64,000 bases of DNA, taken from Malacoraja senta. Lineage: Eukaryota. Shown piece after piece: positions 35,151-49,317 of this stretch (positions are counted from its first letter, which is position 1; each line of letters opens with the position of its first letter). A program made the position numbers and the translations under genes. A model generated the notes under the pieces. That model did no database searches. It had not been told where the DNA came from and worked only from the letters and a program-made list of their open reading frames with translations. Location: NCBI GenBank assembly GCA_038087875.1, contig CM075977.1:17670001-17734000 (forward strand). The letters are read 5' to 3'.

Positions 35151-38100
35151 ACATAGAATAGTACAGCACAGAAACAGGCCCTTCATCCTACAATGTCTGT
35201 GCTGAACATGATGCCAAGTTGAACTAATCACCTCCAGCTGCATCAATTCCATTCCCCTCCATTTTCCGAATATCCATGTGCCTATCTAAAATCCTCTTAA
35301 ATGCCACTCTGGTAACGTTTTATGACTAAACGTTGATTGATCAGATATGCATGCATTACTAAAATTTAGAATCGGGGAAACCATATCATAAAAACAGATA
35401 GGTATAGCAATTGACTATTCATCCAGACACAAAGTACACAAAAAAATATTTTAAACAAATATGTTCATTATTTCAAAAGTGTTTTAAGTTCAGCTCATTG
35501 CTGTATAGTGCAAATATAATTTTTTAAGCCAGTGACTAGCAGGCAAATCGTAACAAAATATACAATAAATGTGTCTTTGAAATTACACTGAAACCAGTAA
35601 AGGCAGTTAGAAATGTTATTTTCACAGTCAATTACCATCTAACTGTCTTCATATTGCATCTTTCAATCAGCCACCCCTACCCCACTCCCCCGTCAGTCTA
35701 AACACAACCCAATGCCTCTTCAGAATATGATATTAACCTTTTTCAGATCATCTTCATCCTATTGCTTTGTGTGTGAAAAAGATTCCAGGCCAGAAAGGCA
35801 ACTGTGAATAATATAAACTGACCTGTTTCACAAATGGCTGATCCAATGTCAAAACCTGATTGTGAGAAGTTTAATATTGTGCACTCATAGTCATAGAATC
35901 TTAGAGTCATACAGCATAGAACAGCACAGCACATACAGCACAGAAACATGCACTTCGGCCCAGCTTATCCATGCCAGCCAACATTTTCCCTCAACGCTCA
36001 TCCCACCTGCTCACATTTGGCCCACATCCCTCTAAACCTTTCCTATCCTATCCATGTCCTAATGTCTTTTAAATGTTGTTATAGTACCTGCTGTAACTAC
36101 CTCCTTTGGCAGCTCGTTCCATATATCCATCACCCTCAGTGACTGCAGTCACTCAGTCACTCCATCACCCTCAATGCTGCATCATCAGGCAAATATATCT
36201 GTCTTAGTTTTAAAACACAAACATTTTAGCTAAGGGAATATAATTTAGAGAAGAATAAATCTCTTGGAAATTATTACCATTACCATTCTTTCATTGGTAC
36301 ATGGTGAAAAATCAGAAACTCCCATCCGAACAGCACTGTGTCAAGCTGACCTGAGTGGCTTGATGCTTATTCAAGAGGAGAAAGAGGTAGTCACACTTGT
36401 GAACCATGAAAGCAAAGCTGCATTTGTACAAATTTGCTATCAGGAGATTATTCAAAAATAACTTTGATGAGTGCATTCAACAAAAGGGAAATCTGCTATG
36501 GTGATGCAGTACGTTCAAGAGGCCATGTGTTGTTTCACAGCTTTGAATTATTACAATATGAGATTTACCTCTCAAAGAGAAGATTACCAGCTTCCATTTG
36601 TGGATGAAGGAAAATTGGAGGGCATCTGGGTCTGAGAATTATATTTGCCCTCCTGAAGAATGGTGTCCGGTCCCAGAAAGAATACAGGAATGGGAAAAAC
36701 ATAACACATATATTAAAGCTGCATCTAATTTAACTTAATATGAATTGCCTTCCTTTTTAATTTGATTTTGTAGTAAAACAGATGTACTATTTCGTTCAGA
36801 CCGAAAGGTCTGAATGACAAATAAAGGAATCTCTAATCTCTATTTCACGTACAACTGTAGTTATGTATTTCCAACTGAGTAGGCCATTTACATGAATGAC
36901 TGACATCTATTCTTTCATACAGCCCCAATGTTTTTGAGATTGGTTCATCTCAGGAAGTTGTTCTGTGATTTGACCTTCAAGCTTCCTTTAACAATGCAGC
37001 CCTACAATTTTAATTGCATGACTGTTTTTTCAACAAGATGCAATAGAAAAGTGTTTTTCCCCCAGAGTGAAATGTGCTAATGGACATTCCTGGGGTGTTT
37101 TGTGTCTCCAAATATTTAATCAGGCATTTCAAGGTGGGAGTTAACTTTTGTACTGCCACTATACAATTTCCAAATCAGTTGGAAATTATGATAGCTGGTG
37201 ATCTCACAATTACAGTGGCAGGGGCTGTGGGCATAATTTTTTTCATGGTTCCAATGTTTCTCACAGCACCAAATAACTGCCAATTTCTTGTAAATGTATT
37301 CAGTGCAACTGAATATTGTTCTGGGGAAATAAGTAAATTGATACAGAACTTTCACTGGCCCCATGGTCACTGATTCTGTGCGTATTGGAACACACTCTTT
37401 CATTCCAGAGTGGTCCCAGATATATTTACAACTGATTTCTGAGGCACTGGGCAGTAATAGACCTTTCCTGGCATATGACAACTGACTGCAAGAACAACAT
37501 CGATCTTGTTATGATCATTCCAGCCTGTTGGCTTTCAAACCGGCTCCTTAAGTTGAAAGTTTGTGAGTGTCTTTGACAATCACTCAGGAGCCAAATTGCA
37601 AATTAGTCTAAATTGTAAAACTGTACACTGTTTACATCTGAGAAGACCTAAAGAAACACAAAGTAAACTGAAACAAATTAAAGTTTAACAGAAGACTATC
37701 ACACCTGTGTACAGGATAGTGTTAATTTCTACAATTTGTTATCAATTTCAGGCCTCCAGCTTTTTATATAAATTACAATATTGTTCCATATAATTTTCTT
37801 GGGTGAATTTTCTTAATGAACAAAAACTCAATGACTATTTATTATTTGATAAATCACATTTATGGTGCAATTAACAAAAACTGATCATATTCATCGCAAG
37901 TGATTAAGAAATTAGCTCCTTAAATAGGACATAAGACAGAGAACAGTACAGCACAGGAACCGGCCCTTTGGCCCACAATATGCCGAACATGCCAATATAA
38001 ACTAATCTCATCTGCCTGCACTAGATCAAATTCCTCCATTCTCTGCATATTCATGTGCCTATCTAAAGAATAGATTTCAGATTCAAATCCCTGAAGCTTC

Positions 38101-38924
38101 ATTTTGTTTTATGAACAGAAAATTATTAAATCCACTCACACAGAGATGTCTTCGTTATATGGTTAGTGATATTGGTAAGTCTGATTTAACACATGAAAAC
38201 AGGGCATCTTCCTTACATGTTTCCCCTTAATATTTGTACTCAGAATTGCTATTTGAAATATGCCGATCTAAAATAGAAGGGCAAAAATATATACGTAGTA
38301 TAATTCTAATAATCCAGAAAGCCCTGGATTTTGGTGGTGTTGGGATGGTGGATTTTCCAGTCTATTGGATGTCATCACTCTATTAATTATATTTTACAAT
38401 ATGATAAATCTTCCAATGAGCACGGAAGTTAGGAGGAAATATTAAAAATAGAGTCCCAATGACTGAAAAGGGACCGTTGGTTCCAGGGATCTCTGTGTAG
38501 AGGAAGTATGGGAACAATAGCTCTGGAACAATGCAGTGCGATAGAGAGCCTGGGAACGAGGGCCCAGGATGGTGGAAACAAAGCTTGGAAACAAGGCCAC
38601 GTTAGTGGAAAGGGAGCATGAGAGCTGAGGCCTGAGTTTGTGCAAGGGTGTGCAGGAACAGGGTACCAGGTGAGGTGGAAGGGAACATGGCAAACAGTAC
38701 CTGATGATCCTTATGCTGAATAATCGGAATTTTTAAATAGGGGATAACGGCTTATCAGTTTTACTCCAGGTAGTTCTGCTATAATGTGTTTCCATAACAT
38801 GAATTGGATATAGCATGAGTGATAAGTTAGGGAACACTATTTTACATTATGTAGGCCGAATTGGTTAAAAAATTATTTGAATATGGAATTTGAGAACCTG
38901 TTTGTTTCAATTAGTGCTCCTGAG

Positions 38925-39193
38925 CACGTGTGGAAACAGGCCCTTTGACCAACCGAGTCCGCACCGACCAGCAATCACACCTGTACACTAGCACTAGGCA
39001 TACTTCACTGAAGACCATTGACCTAAAAAACTTACATGTCTTTGGTATGTGGGAGGAAAACGGAGGACCCGGTGAATAAATGCACGGCCACAGGGAGAAC
39101 GTACATACTCCATACAGACAGCACCTGAGGTCAGGAATAAACCCGGGTCTAACAGAATTGCTGTAAGCTACTGCTGTGCCACTGTGCCACCCT
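38925..39193 (-). mobile_element. HE1-like V-SINE
   Basis: Reverse complement similar to 41113-41436. Confidence 0.8.
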
Positions 39194-39399
39194 TGACAGA
39201 CACCATTATCTTTAAAGAACACAGCTACTACTTTAACAGTGGGTGGCCATTGAAATTAAACTAGAAATTGCTTCCATTGGCACGTGCAACAACACTCTAT
39301 TATGCAATACAACACACAGCCTTTACTATTTTTTTAAACTTGCAGAAACAAATATAAACTTAATGTATGTGAAAAGACCTTGATTTTTGAAAATCCTGA

Positions 39400-40187
39400 T
39401 GGGTCTTACCCACTTAGGCGACTTTTTAGGCAACTGCAGGAGACTATGCAGTCGCCACATGGTCGTCACATGTTCGCAGGTGGTTGCCAGGGAGTCGCCT
39501 TCAAGTTCGTGAGGAGTTCCCGCATTCTGGGAACTAGTTGTGGCCTCATTATATTCGCCGCAAATTTTTCAACGTTGAAAAATTAGCGGCGACTAGAATG
39601 AAGCCACCATGGAGAGCAGCGAGAATTCTCGTGCTGTACCTGGGTCGCCAGAAGGTCCTTGTGGGTTGGCAGAAGGTTGAAGGTTCTCGTAGGTTCTCGT
39701 AGTTTGTAGCCGGTGCTGCCCGGTGAATTTCACAAAAAAAAAGTAAGCGGTAGTTTTCAGAACCAAGGATAACTGACCGATAATGTTAAATGTCCGCCTT
39801 GCTTCACAGCCATGTATCTCTGGCTTCTTAAAAGTTATCACCACTCCTTCTCCCTCCTTCTCCCCCATCTCCCCTCCCCTCTTAAAGGACTTACTGTACA
39901 CTGTGCTTTAGTCTTCTTAATTACAGCACCAACCTTCCTGTTCATCGCGGTGTGTCTCTGTATCACTTTGGCTTTGCACCGTGTGAATTTCACTCAGACA
40001 GCACTCCCCCACTTGCCCTGTCCCCTGCCTGCATAATGGGCTGGTTAAGGAAGCGATGTGTTTGTGTGTGTGTGTGTGTGTTCCACTCTGACAGTCGCCG
40101 TTCCAGGTTGCCGTTTTTTCAGGCGACTGCCAGCAACTTGACAGTCGCCAGCAGTCGCCTGAAAAATCACCTAAGTGGGACAGGCAC
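39400..40187. mobile_element. PIF/Harbinger-like MITE, longer copy of the 9616 family
   Basis: cccacttaggcgactttttaggcaactgc ... gcagtcgcctgaaaaatcacctaagtgggacagg. Confidence 0.82.
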
Positions 40188-40337
40188 ATGAGTGATCAAT
40201 ATCTTTGTTATCGTGAGTATGAAATTCTCCAGCCCCTAAACTGCTTTCGCCCATTGATAATGGTCTTTATAATGCAGATTTCTATAACACAGGGTTTCTT
40301 AGGGACACAACTATGGCTTTATTGTACAACTACCTGT

Positions 40338-40675
40338 AGTTTAGTTTAATTTAGAGATACGGCAAGGAAACCGGTCCTTCAGCCCACCGAGTCCACGCCG
40401 ACCATCAGTCACTGGTTAACAACAGTTCTATGTTGTCCCTTTTTCTCATTCACTCCCTACATGCCATACACACCAGGGGAAATTTGCAGAGGCCAATTAA
40501 CCCACAAAGCCATCCACCTTTGGAATGTGGGAGGAAACTGGAGCACCCTAATGAAACACACAGGGAGAACGTGCAAACTCTGCACAGACAGCATCCAAAG
40601 TCAGGATCGAAACAGAGGTTCTGGCGTTGTGAGGCTGCTGTGAGGCAGCAGATCTAACAGTTGCGGCACTGTGCC
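40338..40675 (-). mobile_element. HE1-like V-SINE
   Basis: (gttta)n tail and V-domain tgtgggaggaaactggagcac. Confidence 0.82.
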
Positions 40676-41112
40676 ATACATTAAGAATTCATTAAGAATT
40701 CTCTTGCATACATTAAGAATTCTCTACCTGTGCTGTGAATTCTCACTACATGGATGTATCATAAGCTGAGATCAATTACTTTATTAATACCATGAAAATT
40801 GGGGATATAGGGACCAAGCAGGAAATTGAACGAAGTACAGGATCAGCCATGATCTTATTGAATCGTGGAGCATGCTCAAGGGGATGTAAGACATATCCCT
40901 GCTTCTTACTCTTATGTTCAGGGATTACAAACCTAAAAGATAATGTTATTTAATGGCACTTTAAGGAACAACACTGCAGAGCCAGTGAATAGTGCACCAA
41001 TGATTAATTTGTCAATGGTTCTGACACAAGGCCTTGGATGCCACTGAAATACCATTGAAACTCTTCTTTTGCTCAGACATGTTGTGGGCGACAACTTGAG
41101 GATTTAGAGTTG

Positions 41113-41436
41113 TGGGCGGCATGGTGGCACAGCGATAGAGGTGCTGCCTTACAGCGCTTATAGCGCCAGAGACCTGGGTTCATTCACAACTATGGGTGCT
41201 GCCCGTACGTAGTTTGTACGTTCTCCTCATGACCGTGTGGGTTTTCTCCGAGATCTTCCGTTTCCTCCCACACTCCAAAGACGTGCAGGTTTATAGGTTA
41301 AATGGCTTGGTATATATGTAAATTATCTCCATGTGTGCAGGATAGTGTTAATGTGTGGGGATCACTGGTAGGTGCCGACTCAGTGGGCTGAAGGGCCTGT
41401 TTCCGCGCTGTATCAGTAAACAAAACTAAACTAAAC
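41113..41436 (+). mobile_element. HE1-like tRNA-derived V-SINE, full length
   Basis: A-box-like tggcacagcgatag, B-box-like gggttcattc, V-domain ttcctcccacactccaaagacgtgc, LINE-derived tail ending (ctaaa)n. Confidence 0.87.
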
Positions 41437-42737
41437 AAGAGGGAGCTCACATTTGTTGGCTCACGATTGTGTCCCTAATTGGCCTAGTCTGGATTGTGTT
41501 GGTAACGTCTGCCAGAGGTTGACTCCTGCAGGAGTGGAGTGAGGCTGGTGAAGGAAGTTGGCTAAATAATGAGGACTGTTGGTGGGCAAGATCTCTGGGT
41601 GGTAAAGATGGAGAGCCTGGATTGTGATTTGTGTAAAATGCACAAGAGTGAATCACAAAAGAAGTACCAAGTCAAGTTTTCAGGGTAGTATGATTTGGAT
41701 GTTTATGAGGGTAGGAAGCGCTTTTTAATCTTACAACGCTCATCTTCAAATGCATAGACGCGTTAAAAAATCATTGCAACGTGTCAGAAATTTTGGACTA
41801 ACATGTCAATCTTTGCACAGAGCAATATCAATCCCATTTATGACAACTTTTGATCACCCATTCATGGTAGATAGTCCCATATTTTGGGTACATCTTTACA
41901 ATTGGATTTTTCCAAATAGAAGATATTAATAGGGAGGCTAATCAGTGGAGTTAAAGAAAAACTATAGAAGATGGATATCTGAAATAAAATTCAGCAGATC
42001 AGGCAACATCTTTGGAAAGAATACAAAAAAACTGCCAGAATGTGGCTGTTTTATTCAATTTCCACACAGAAAGTACAGAATTATTTTCCCCAAGTGGTTT
42101 GGCAGAAATTATGAAAGAAGGCACACATTTACAATTCATAAAGTAAACAAGCCTTGTTCAGTTCTCAATGATTTAACTTTTAGCTTCAGGTTGCAACTGA
42201 ACAAAAGGTCAGGCTGAACTTTTCCGTTCTCAGTTGATAATGTAATTTATAATAAGTGGGATATACAAACGTGAGATGGGAAACATTGTTATATTGTCAG
42301 TTCCAAGGACAACAAATGTGTGGTGGCATCAATAATGGAAAGCTATTGGCTGGAATCAATTAAGAAAAGTAAATATTAATCATGGATTGATATTGCGGAG
42401 TTTAATTCTCATGTCTTTGCAATTTTAAGATCTGTTTTATGATGATGAGCCAAGCAGATGGCATGAGTTCATTGCATAATCCCTGTGAAAGGAACAAATA
42501 CAGCGACTGCATTTGTTTAGTTCAATGTTTTACATACACTCATAACAATTTAGTGTAACCGCACAAATAACCTTTTGACAAATTGCCTAGATCGGCAATT
42601 ATACAGTATCTATTCAAATAAACGATCTGTACACTACAGCTGGCTGCTTAATCAATTCTGGAACTTTTTCCATTTTAATCAGAGCTGTAGATCAGATAAA
42701 ATTTGCATTGCATGTCAAAGTAATTAGAATGGAAATA

Positions 42738-42860
42738 CAAGGAACTGCAGATGCTGGAATTTTGAACAAAACATAAATTGCTGGAGTAACATCGCGGGTC
42801 TGGCAACATCTGCAGAAGGAATGAATAGACGATGTTTTGGGTCAGAAACCATCTTCAAAC
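42738..42860 (-). mobile_element. Penelope-type short repeat
   Basis: caaggaactgcagatgctgg...gatgttttgggtcagaaaccatcttcaaac. Confidence 0.62.
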
Positions 42861-43389
42861 TAATGTAATTAATTAGGATGCAACGTATCTCTACCAAATT
42901 TAGACAAATAAATGCAGCATAAATGTAGCATATATAACTTGGTTATTTGTATATACTTTGATCACGTGTTGTCACAACACTTGTTTTCTGGAACCTTATC
43001 TTGAAAAGCTACTGTTTCTTCTACAATTTGCACATGAAGATTCCAATTATAAAGTGTATACATACCTAAAATCCTATTTCCAATAAAGATGTGCCACTGA
43101 CATAAAAACATCTAAAACATGTTCAACTGCGGAGGTATGAAAATATGAGATTTTAAATCCCTTGTAAAAATTGAGATATGTTAGATTCTCATTCATAACT
43201 ATTAACCAAGGATAATTGGACCTTGTGAATAATTATGGTACCGTCACCTCCTGATCATGACCTGAAGTGAAGCAAGGCTTTAGCCCCGTTGGCATTGGTT
43301 GGAGTAGAGCTGAGACCCTCATCTTAGTTCACCCTATAGCTTTGGCAGGAGGCAAATTTGATGGAGGAGTTCCAATTCCTGTTAAAGTT

Positions 43390-43880
43390 CACCAGGCTTT
43401 GAAAGAGTCTTTAAAATGTCTTTGTTACAACTATGCAAGTCATTGGAGAAATCACACATGGAGTATTGTGTGTCGCTCTAGTCGCCCAGCTGTAAGAAGG
43501 CTGTCAATAGACTGTAAAGGGTGTAGATAACATTCATGCATATGTTGTTGAGATTGGAGGACTTGAGTTATAACAAGAGGCTGGAAAGGCTGGGACTATT
43601 TTCCCCTGGAGTTTAGGAGATTGGTGCGACCTATAGAGGTATATCAAATCATGAGGTGCATAGATAAGGTAAAGTAATTTTCACTGGAGATGCATAAGTG
43701 TAAGGTGAGAGGAAAATATTAAAAAGGACTTGAGGGGCAACTTTTTCCACATAGAAGGTGGTAGATACATGGAATAACTTGCCAGATGGGTACAATTTCA
43801 ATGTTGTAGGGATACCAGTACATGGGACTAGTTAAGGAACCATCAGATTGGTTGGCAATAGGACCTGTTTCTGTGTTGTA
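43390..43880 (+). mobile_element. Old CR1 3' fragment
   Basis: ggagtattgtgtg and gacttgagttat...aggctggaaaggctggga motifs. Confidence 0.7.
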
Positions 43881-44324
43881 CTCTAATTAAATTAATAATT
43901 AAAACAGTACAGTAAATAAGAACAAACACAAATAACTGAACTTATCATATTGCTCCTAATCCTCTGGCAATGAATCCCCATTCAATAAAATAGGAATTCT
44001 TCTTTAAATCAGGTCTGTTGGGGTAGGATCCTCCTCAGGGAGATTCGAACGTTGCTGTGGTCTGACAGAATCCTGTGCATGCCCCACATTGGATCCACAG
44101 ACCACAACCAGCACAACCCAACCTAGAACTTACATTGAATGATTTGGTCCCTGGGAATAAATCTGGAATGTGCCAAGCAGCAATCAATCCAATCATTTCT
44201 GAACTTCTGTGAGTGTTTTGAATAAAAGGGGTGAGTGGCAACTGCTTGAATCCATTATGCAAGATGTTAAGTTGGTTCGGTGTTATTTATCCATCTCTTT
44301 CAACAGATACTGCCTGACTTGAGT

Positions 44325-44999
44325 CGTGTGCGGACGTGGCTTCAAAGGACGAGAAGCCGAAGCAAAGAAGTGGAAGCCAAATAACCGAATGGAAACAAAG
44401 CCGAAACACCAAATAACCGAAAGCGTACGAAGCCGAAACGCCAACTAACCAACGCCAACTAGCCTGTCCCTCACCTCTGCTCCACCCGGCGCTACAGCCC
44501 ATCACAATGCAGCCGCATGGGGGAGATGAGGCGGAGGGCGGCCGTGGCCGTGGGAGAGTGGGGGCTGTCCCGAGAGATACGCTACTTTGGCTGCTTACAA
44601 CTTGGTGCTCGGGTTCAGAGTGCCCAGTCACCTATGGCTTGTGTGGGAAAATGACCCCCACCCTCCTGTCTCCACCAGCCAGTGATGTGATAGACGCGGG
44701 GGTCTGGACCAATTGCTGACAAATCCCGCCCCCCCGGTGACATCATGTCTGTTTGATTTTTCGACAGAGCAGCCATTCGGTGAGTTGGCTTGTAGGCGAC
44801 GCAGCCTTTCGGTGAGTTGGCGTTTCGGCAGAGCACCCTTTCGGTTAGTTGGCTTTTAGGCGTCCCACCATTTCGGTTAGTTGGCGTTTTGGCTTCGTAC
44901 GCTTTCAGTTATTTGGCGTTTCGGCTTCGTTTCCATTCGGTTATTTGGCTTCCACTTCTTTGCTTCGGCTTCTCATCCTTCGACGCCACATCCGGGTAG
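44325..44999. mobile_element. Mutator/foldback-like non-autonomous element with long modular TIRs
   Basis: ~125-bp inverted arms (from 44331; ending 44994); (T)GACTTGAGT duplicated at 44315-44324 and 45000-45009. Confidence 0.82.
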
Positions 45000-45164
45000 T
45001 GACTTGAGTATCTCCAGCATTTTCTGTTTTTTGTTTCAGATTTCCAGCACCTTCCATGTTAAGATAATATTTAGTTCTATCCATGATTTAGTTTATAGGA
45101 TGGGTAAGCAAGCCCAGCAATAGACCTTTAATAATAAATTACCTACAACAAAGACTAATTTTGG

Positions 45165-45532
45165 TGGGTTGGACAGGCTAGATGCAGGAAGATTGCTCCC
45201 GATGTTGGGGAAGTCCAGGACAAGGGGTCACAGCTTAAGAATAAGGGGGAAATCCTTTAAAACCGAGATGAGAAGAACTTTTTTCACACAGAGAGTGGTG
45301 AATCTCTGGAACTCTCTGCCACAGAGGGTAGTCGAGGCCAGTTCATTGGCTATATTTAAGAGGGAGTTAGATGTGGCCCTTGTGGCTAAAGGGATCAGGG
45401 GGTATGGAGAGAAGGCAGGTACGGGATACTGAGTTGGATGATGAGCCATGATCATATTGAATGGCGGTGCAGGCTCGAAGGGCCGAATGGCCTACTCCTG
45501 CACCTAATTTCTATGTCTATATTTCTATGTTT
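45165..45532 (+). mobile_element. Young CR1 3' end
   Basis: ORF 45169-45432 plus tttctatg tail. Confidence 0.93.
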
Positions 45533-46489
45533 GTGGGAAACTACATTTTGACAAAATCATATTAATTCAATATTGTGACTTCATGCGCACTATTTTTTCC
45601 CCTACTTAGTGTAAGCCTTAAAACATACTTCACTGATCAATGTTTTAATCATCTATCTTAACTTATTCTTACATGGCCTAGTATTAACTTTGTTTGATAA
45701 TTGCCCTGTGCAACACAATGTGTTCATGGGTTAATAAAGCTATGTAATGACAAGCTGTTAAAAAAGTATATAAACTTAGTGGTAGAAAGGAATAGGATCC
45801 AAGTTGTAGGAAGTTTGACTTTAGATATTAAAGAAAAGTAGGTGCTCAAGAAAACATGTTATGGCCAAAAAAAAGCATGAAAACAATTAGAAGTACAGTT
45901 GAGATAATTTAGCTGGAGAAATTGCTGATTACAAAAATAGTTTCTGTACAATGATTCTGAATAAACATGAAAAGTTTTCTTAATTAAATATTTCATCTAT
46001 TGGCAGGTAAACTGTAAACATCCTATTATTTACCAGGTAGGTATAATAAAGCCACTCGTAAAGCCACTCCATGGGTTATTTGATAGTTCTAGTTAAGTCA
46101 ATATAAACTCTTGGGTTCCAGGCAAGTACCTGCAACCTGAAGTATCTCCTCAAAGCTATATCTACCACACCTTAAAATTATCCCACATTGTTATAGATCT
46201 TCATCGTAATTGAGAACCAATTACAATGAATGAAACCGGATAATCAGTTTTTCAGATGGTGCTACCAATATCAATTTCACATGCATTATATTTAATTGCA
46301 AATACATTATTATATTAGAATCAGTATGACACAAAATTGTCATGAAACAGTTGTCGTGGTGAATTTTCCATCATGGTTTACAGCTGGAACCAATATCTTT
46401 ACAGTCAATGATAGCAGATCTTCTGCTACTAATTCCCTATGTCCACACAACAAAGGAGTCCTTTTTGACCCATGTCAGCTCGCTGTGCA

Positions 46490-46770
46490 ATTTTATTTCC
46501 TCGCCAATTTTCCTTGTATCGTATTCTCCCCACATTCCAATCAACTTCCCCTTAACCACTCACCTACACACCAGGGCCAAGTTGCAATAGGCAATTAATT
46601 TACCAACCCATGTGCTTTTGGACTGGAGAATACGTTATTAAAGCACATGGGGGAAACATATGTGGTCACAGAGAAAGCATGCAGATACCATATGGACAGT
46701 GCTGTAGGTCAGGCTGGAATCTGAATTGCTACATCTGTGGCAGCAGCTCGATTTGCTGTGTCAATGCCCT
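46490..46770 (-). mobile_element. Old V-SINE
   Basis: Decayed similarity to 40338-40675. Confidence 0.6.
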
Positions 46771-47224
46771 ATTCTTCTGGCATTTCCAATCAGCTAACTT
46801 TGGGCTGTTGTGACCGAGCTGCTTTAATTGTCAAAAGGATTGATCCTTTTGACACTTAGCTGCAATTATATTTGCAATCCTGATGAACAAGTCCATTCTC
46901 ATGGTCCCAGGAACCACTCCTTGAGGCTGAGTCACCACTTGCAGCTGCTGCTGCTTTCATGCTGGATGTGGCATGGAGCACCATCTGTCCTGCAGTGCTG
47001 CACATTGTAAGTGTAGTTGCAGGAATAGTACAGGGATGGTCTGTGCATGTGCAAGAAGTTGGCTAGATCAGGTAGGATCCAGCCTATTGTTTATAAGTGC
47101 AATTGATCACTTGCCATTGGAACACCTCTGCCTCCCAGTGAAAATCAACAACCATGACATACTGGAAGAAACAGTTAGTAAAGAGGACTATCCAGGGATC
47201 TGCAACTTGACACCAATAAAAACC

Positions 47225-47620
47225 TAGAAATTAGGTGTAGCTGTTTGAGCTTACTTGGCCATTCATCAATATCCTGGCTGATCTTCTAACTCCGTACCCG
47301 AAATTCAGCAATAATATCTATTTTGAACAAATCCAATGTCTGAACCTTCAGAGCTCTCTGGGATAGAGATTCCAAAAGTGTAGTACCTTCTTAGTGAAGC
47401 AACATCTCATCTCAGTTCTGAATGTGACTCACCACATTTTTGAGACTTTGACCCTAGGTTCTGGACTTTTTAGTCAGGGGGAATATTCTCCCTGTATAGT
47501 CAGTTGAACCTTGTAGAAAATATGTACATTTTAATGAGATCACCTCTGATTCTTATGTTTTGTATTATACTGTCCCAATCTACTTAATCTCACCTATTAA
47601 GGCAAACCTGCCATGCCATT
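47225..47620 (-). mobile_element. Old CR1 3' fragment
   Basis: Decayed match to the CR1 3' end (accctaggttctggac, gagatcacctc). Confidence 0.7.
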
Positions 47621-48744
47621 CTCAGAAGCTGACCATAGAAGTAATATTTATCAGCAGTTGGTGTTTGAACATGGTAGTGAAGTAAATGATCAGCCATGAT
47701 TTTATCGGATGGTACAGCAGACATATGGCACCAAATAGTCTACACCTATTTCTATGTATTTGTTTTCCATGGTGCCTGTTCAAAGTCATTTCTGTAATTT
47801 AATTTCAAGTAAGCCTACTAATAGGGTCATTAATAGGATATTAACAATTAAAAGAAAATGATTCATCATTATTTTTTTAATTTATCAAGTATGTCGTTAT
47901 TTTCTTTCAAACAGAATATTTTGCCAAATTTTCTTGTTGAAAACACAAGAGAATGACTAACCACATCACCATTGTGATAGCCACCATCTCTGGCCAACCT
48001 CTGGGCAGTTGAGACACCTGAACAATAAGACTCTCCAGGATTCCAATATGTTTGCAATGATGTCCATCCAGACACTTTGGCATTTTAGGACAGTTTTTAG
48101 GGGACAGTGCAAAATCTACCTAGAAACAGCTAGAGACCAGCTGATGAGGAAAAGCAAGAATATATGTTTCCATGTTCATAAAAGATATCAGGAAACTATT
48201 ATATGAGAGTAAAACGTTCAGAGAAGCAGAAGACATTCAGGGATATGATAAATGCAGTATAAATATGATCTTCAAAGAAACAGGGCAGTACTCCCAGATC
48301 TGGAGATCCCTCGATATCAATGCTTGGAAACCGGAATTATAGCAGGGTACCATAAGACAAGAAAGAAAAGTTAATTTTAGATTTCAAGATCTTAATACTG
48401 CAGAGGAATAGATGCAAATGGGTATATTGAGTGCAAAATTAAAAAGGAAACTTGACCTAAATAGAAAGCATAACTGATATCTAAAATCAGGAAAACTCAT
48501 ACATATTAAAAATACATAAGAAGTTAACTAAGAAAAAGAGCATGAGTCTTTTTCTAGGTCTCCTTTACTTCAGATTACCAACAGCTTCTCACAGGTAGCC
48601 TACAGTTCCAGCTTGTTTTTCTTTTATTTTTCTTTTCTCTGTTTTCCACTTTTTTTAATTTTCTCCAGACAGATAATCTTTCTTTACCCTACCTTAGTTG
48701 ACATCAATCTGTGTCTTCTATTGTCTCTTGATCTCTACCCTTTC

Positions 48745-49085
48745 ACTGACATTTCGGAACTCCAAGCCGCTGAGAGCGTTCTTCCGATGCCGGATTTCCA
48801 TCATCCCGGCGAGAGCGCCTGAAACATCGGGCTGCCGTAGCGGCGACTGCGGAGGCCTCGAATAGGCCCCGACCACGGGTGAACATAGAGGAAGTGGACT
48901 GAATTTTGCTGCCTTCCCTCACAGTGGGAAACGTTGATCCTGCTGTGGGGGGATGTTTTTTATGTTTAATGTTATATTCCATAGTGTTATGTTTATTTTA
49001 TTGTGTGCTGCAATCGGACTCAAATTTCACTGCACCAATTGGTGTATGTGACAATAAATGCCCTGTGACCTTTGTCATTTGTCCC
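48745..49085 (+). mobile_element. GC-rich retroposon related to 34122-34551
   Basis: gccttccctcacagtgg...ctgtgggggatgttt and aaatttc...tgacaataaatg shared architecture. Confidence 0.65.
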
Positions 49086-49317
49086 TTTATACTCCATATC
49101 ACCTCTCTTCTGGGCAACTTAAAACTTGTCTATTTTAGAAATTATCCCAGTTCAAGAACCTGAAATGTTAGCTCTAACTCCACAGATGCTGACCACTCTG
49201 CTGAGTTATTTTCGGCATATTCTGATTTTACTTCAGATTGCTAGCACCATAAGGTTTTTGTCTGGTCTTTGAAAGAGTGAGAGATGTGTGTTGAGATGGA
49301 ACGTATGGACATGGTTA

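Larger units (their letters stand above)
38767..40336. mobile_element. Tc1/mariner-Tigger-like element hosting a SINE and a MITE
   Basis: CAGGTAGTTCTGCTATAA ... TTATTGTACAACTACCTG|TA imperfect TIRs. Confidence 0.55.

Noticed and set aside
36565-36655. Possible minus-strand cassette exon (ttcttcag| ... |gtaat or |gtaaat)
   Set aside because: The frame compatible with the phase-1 RIMS2 donor hits TAA within four codons; no homology recognised
41113-41200. tRNA-like sequence
   Set aside because: It is the head of a V-SINE; no complete cloverleaf
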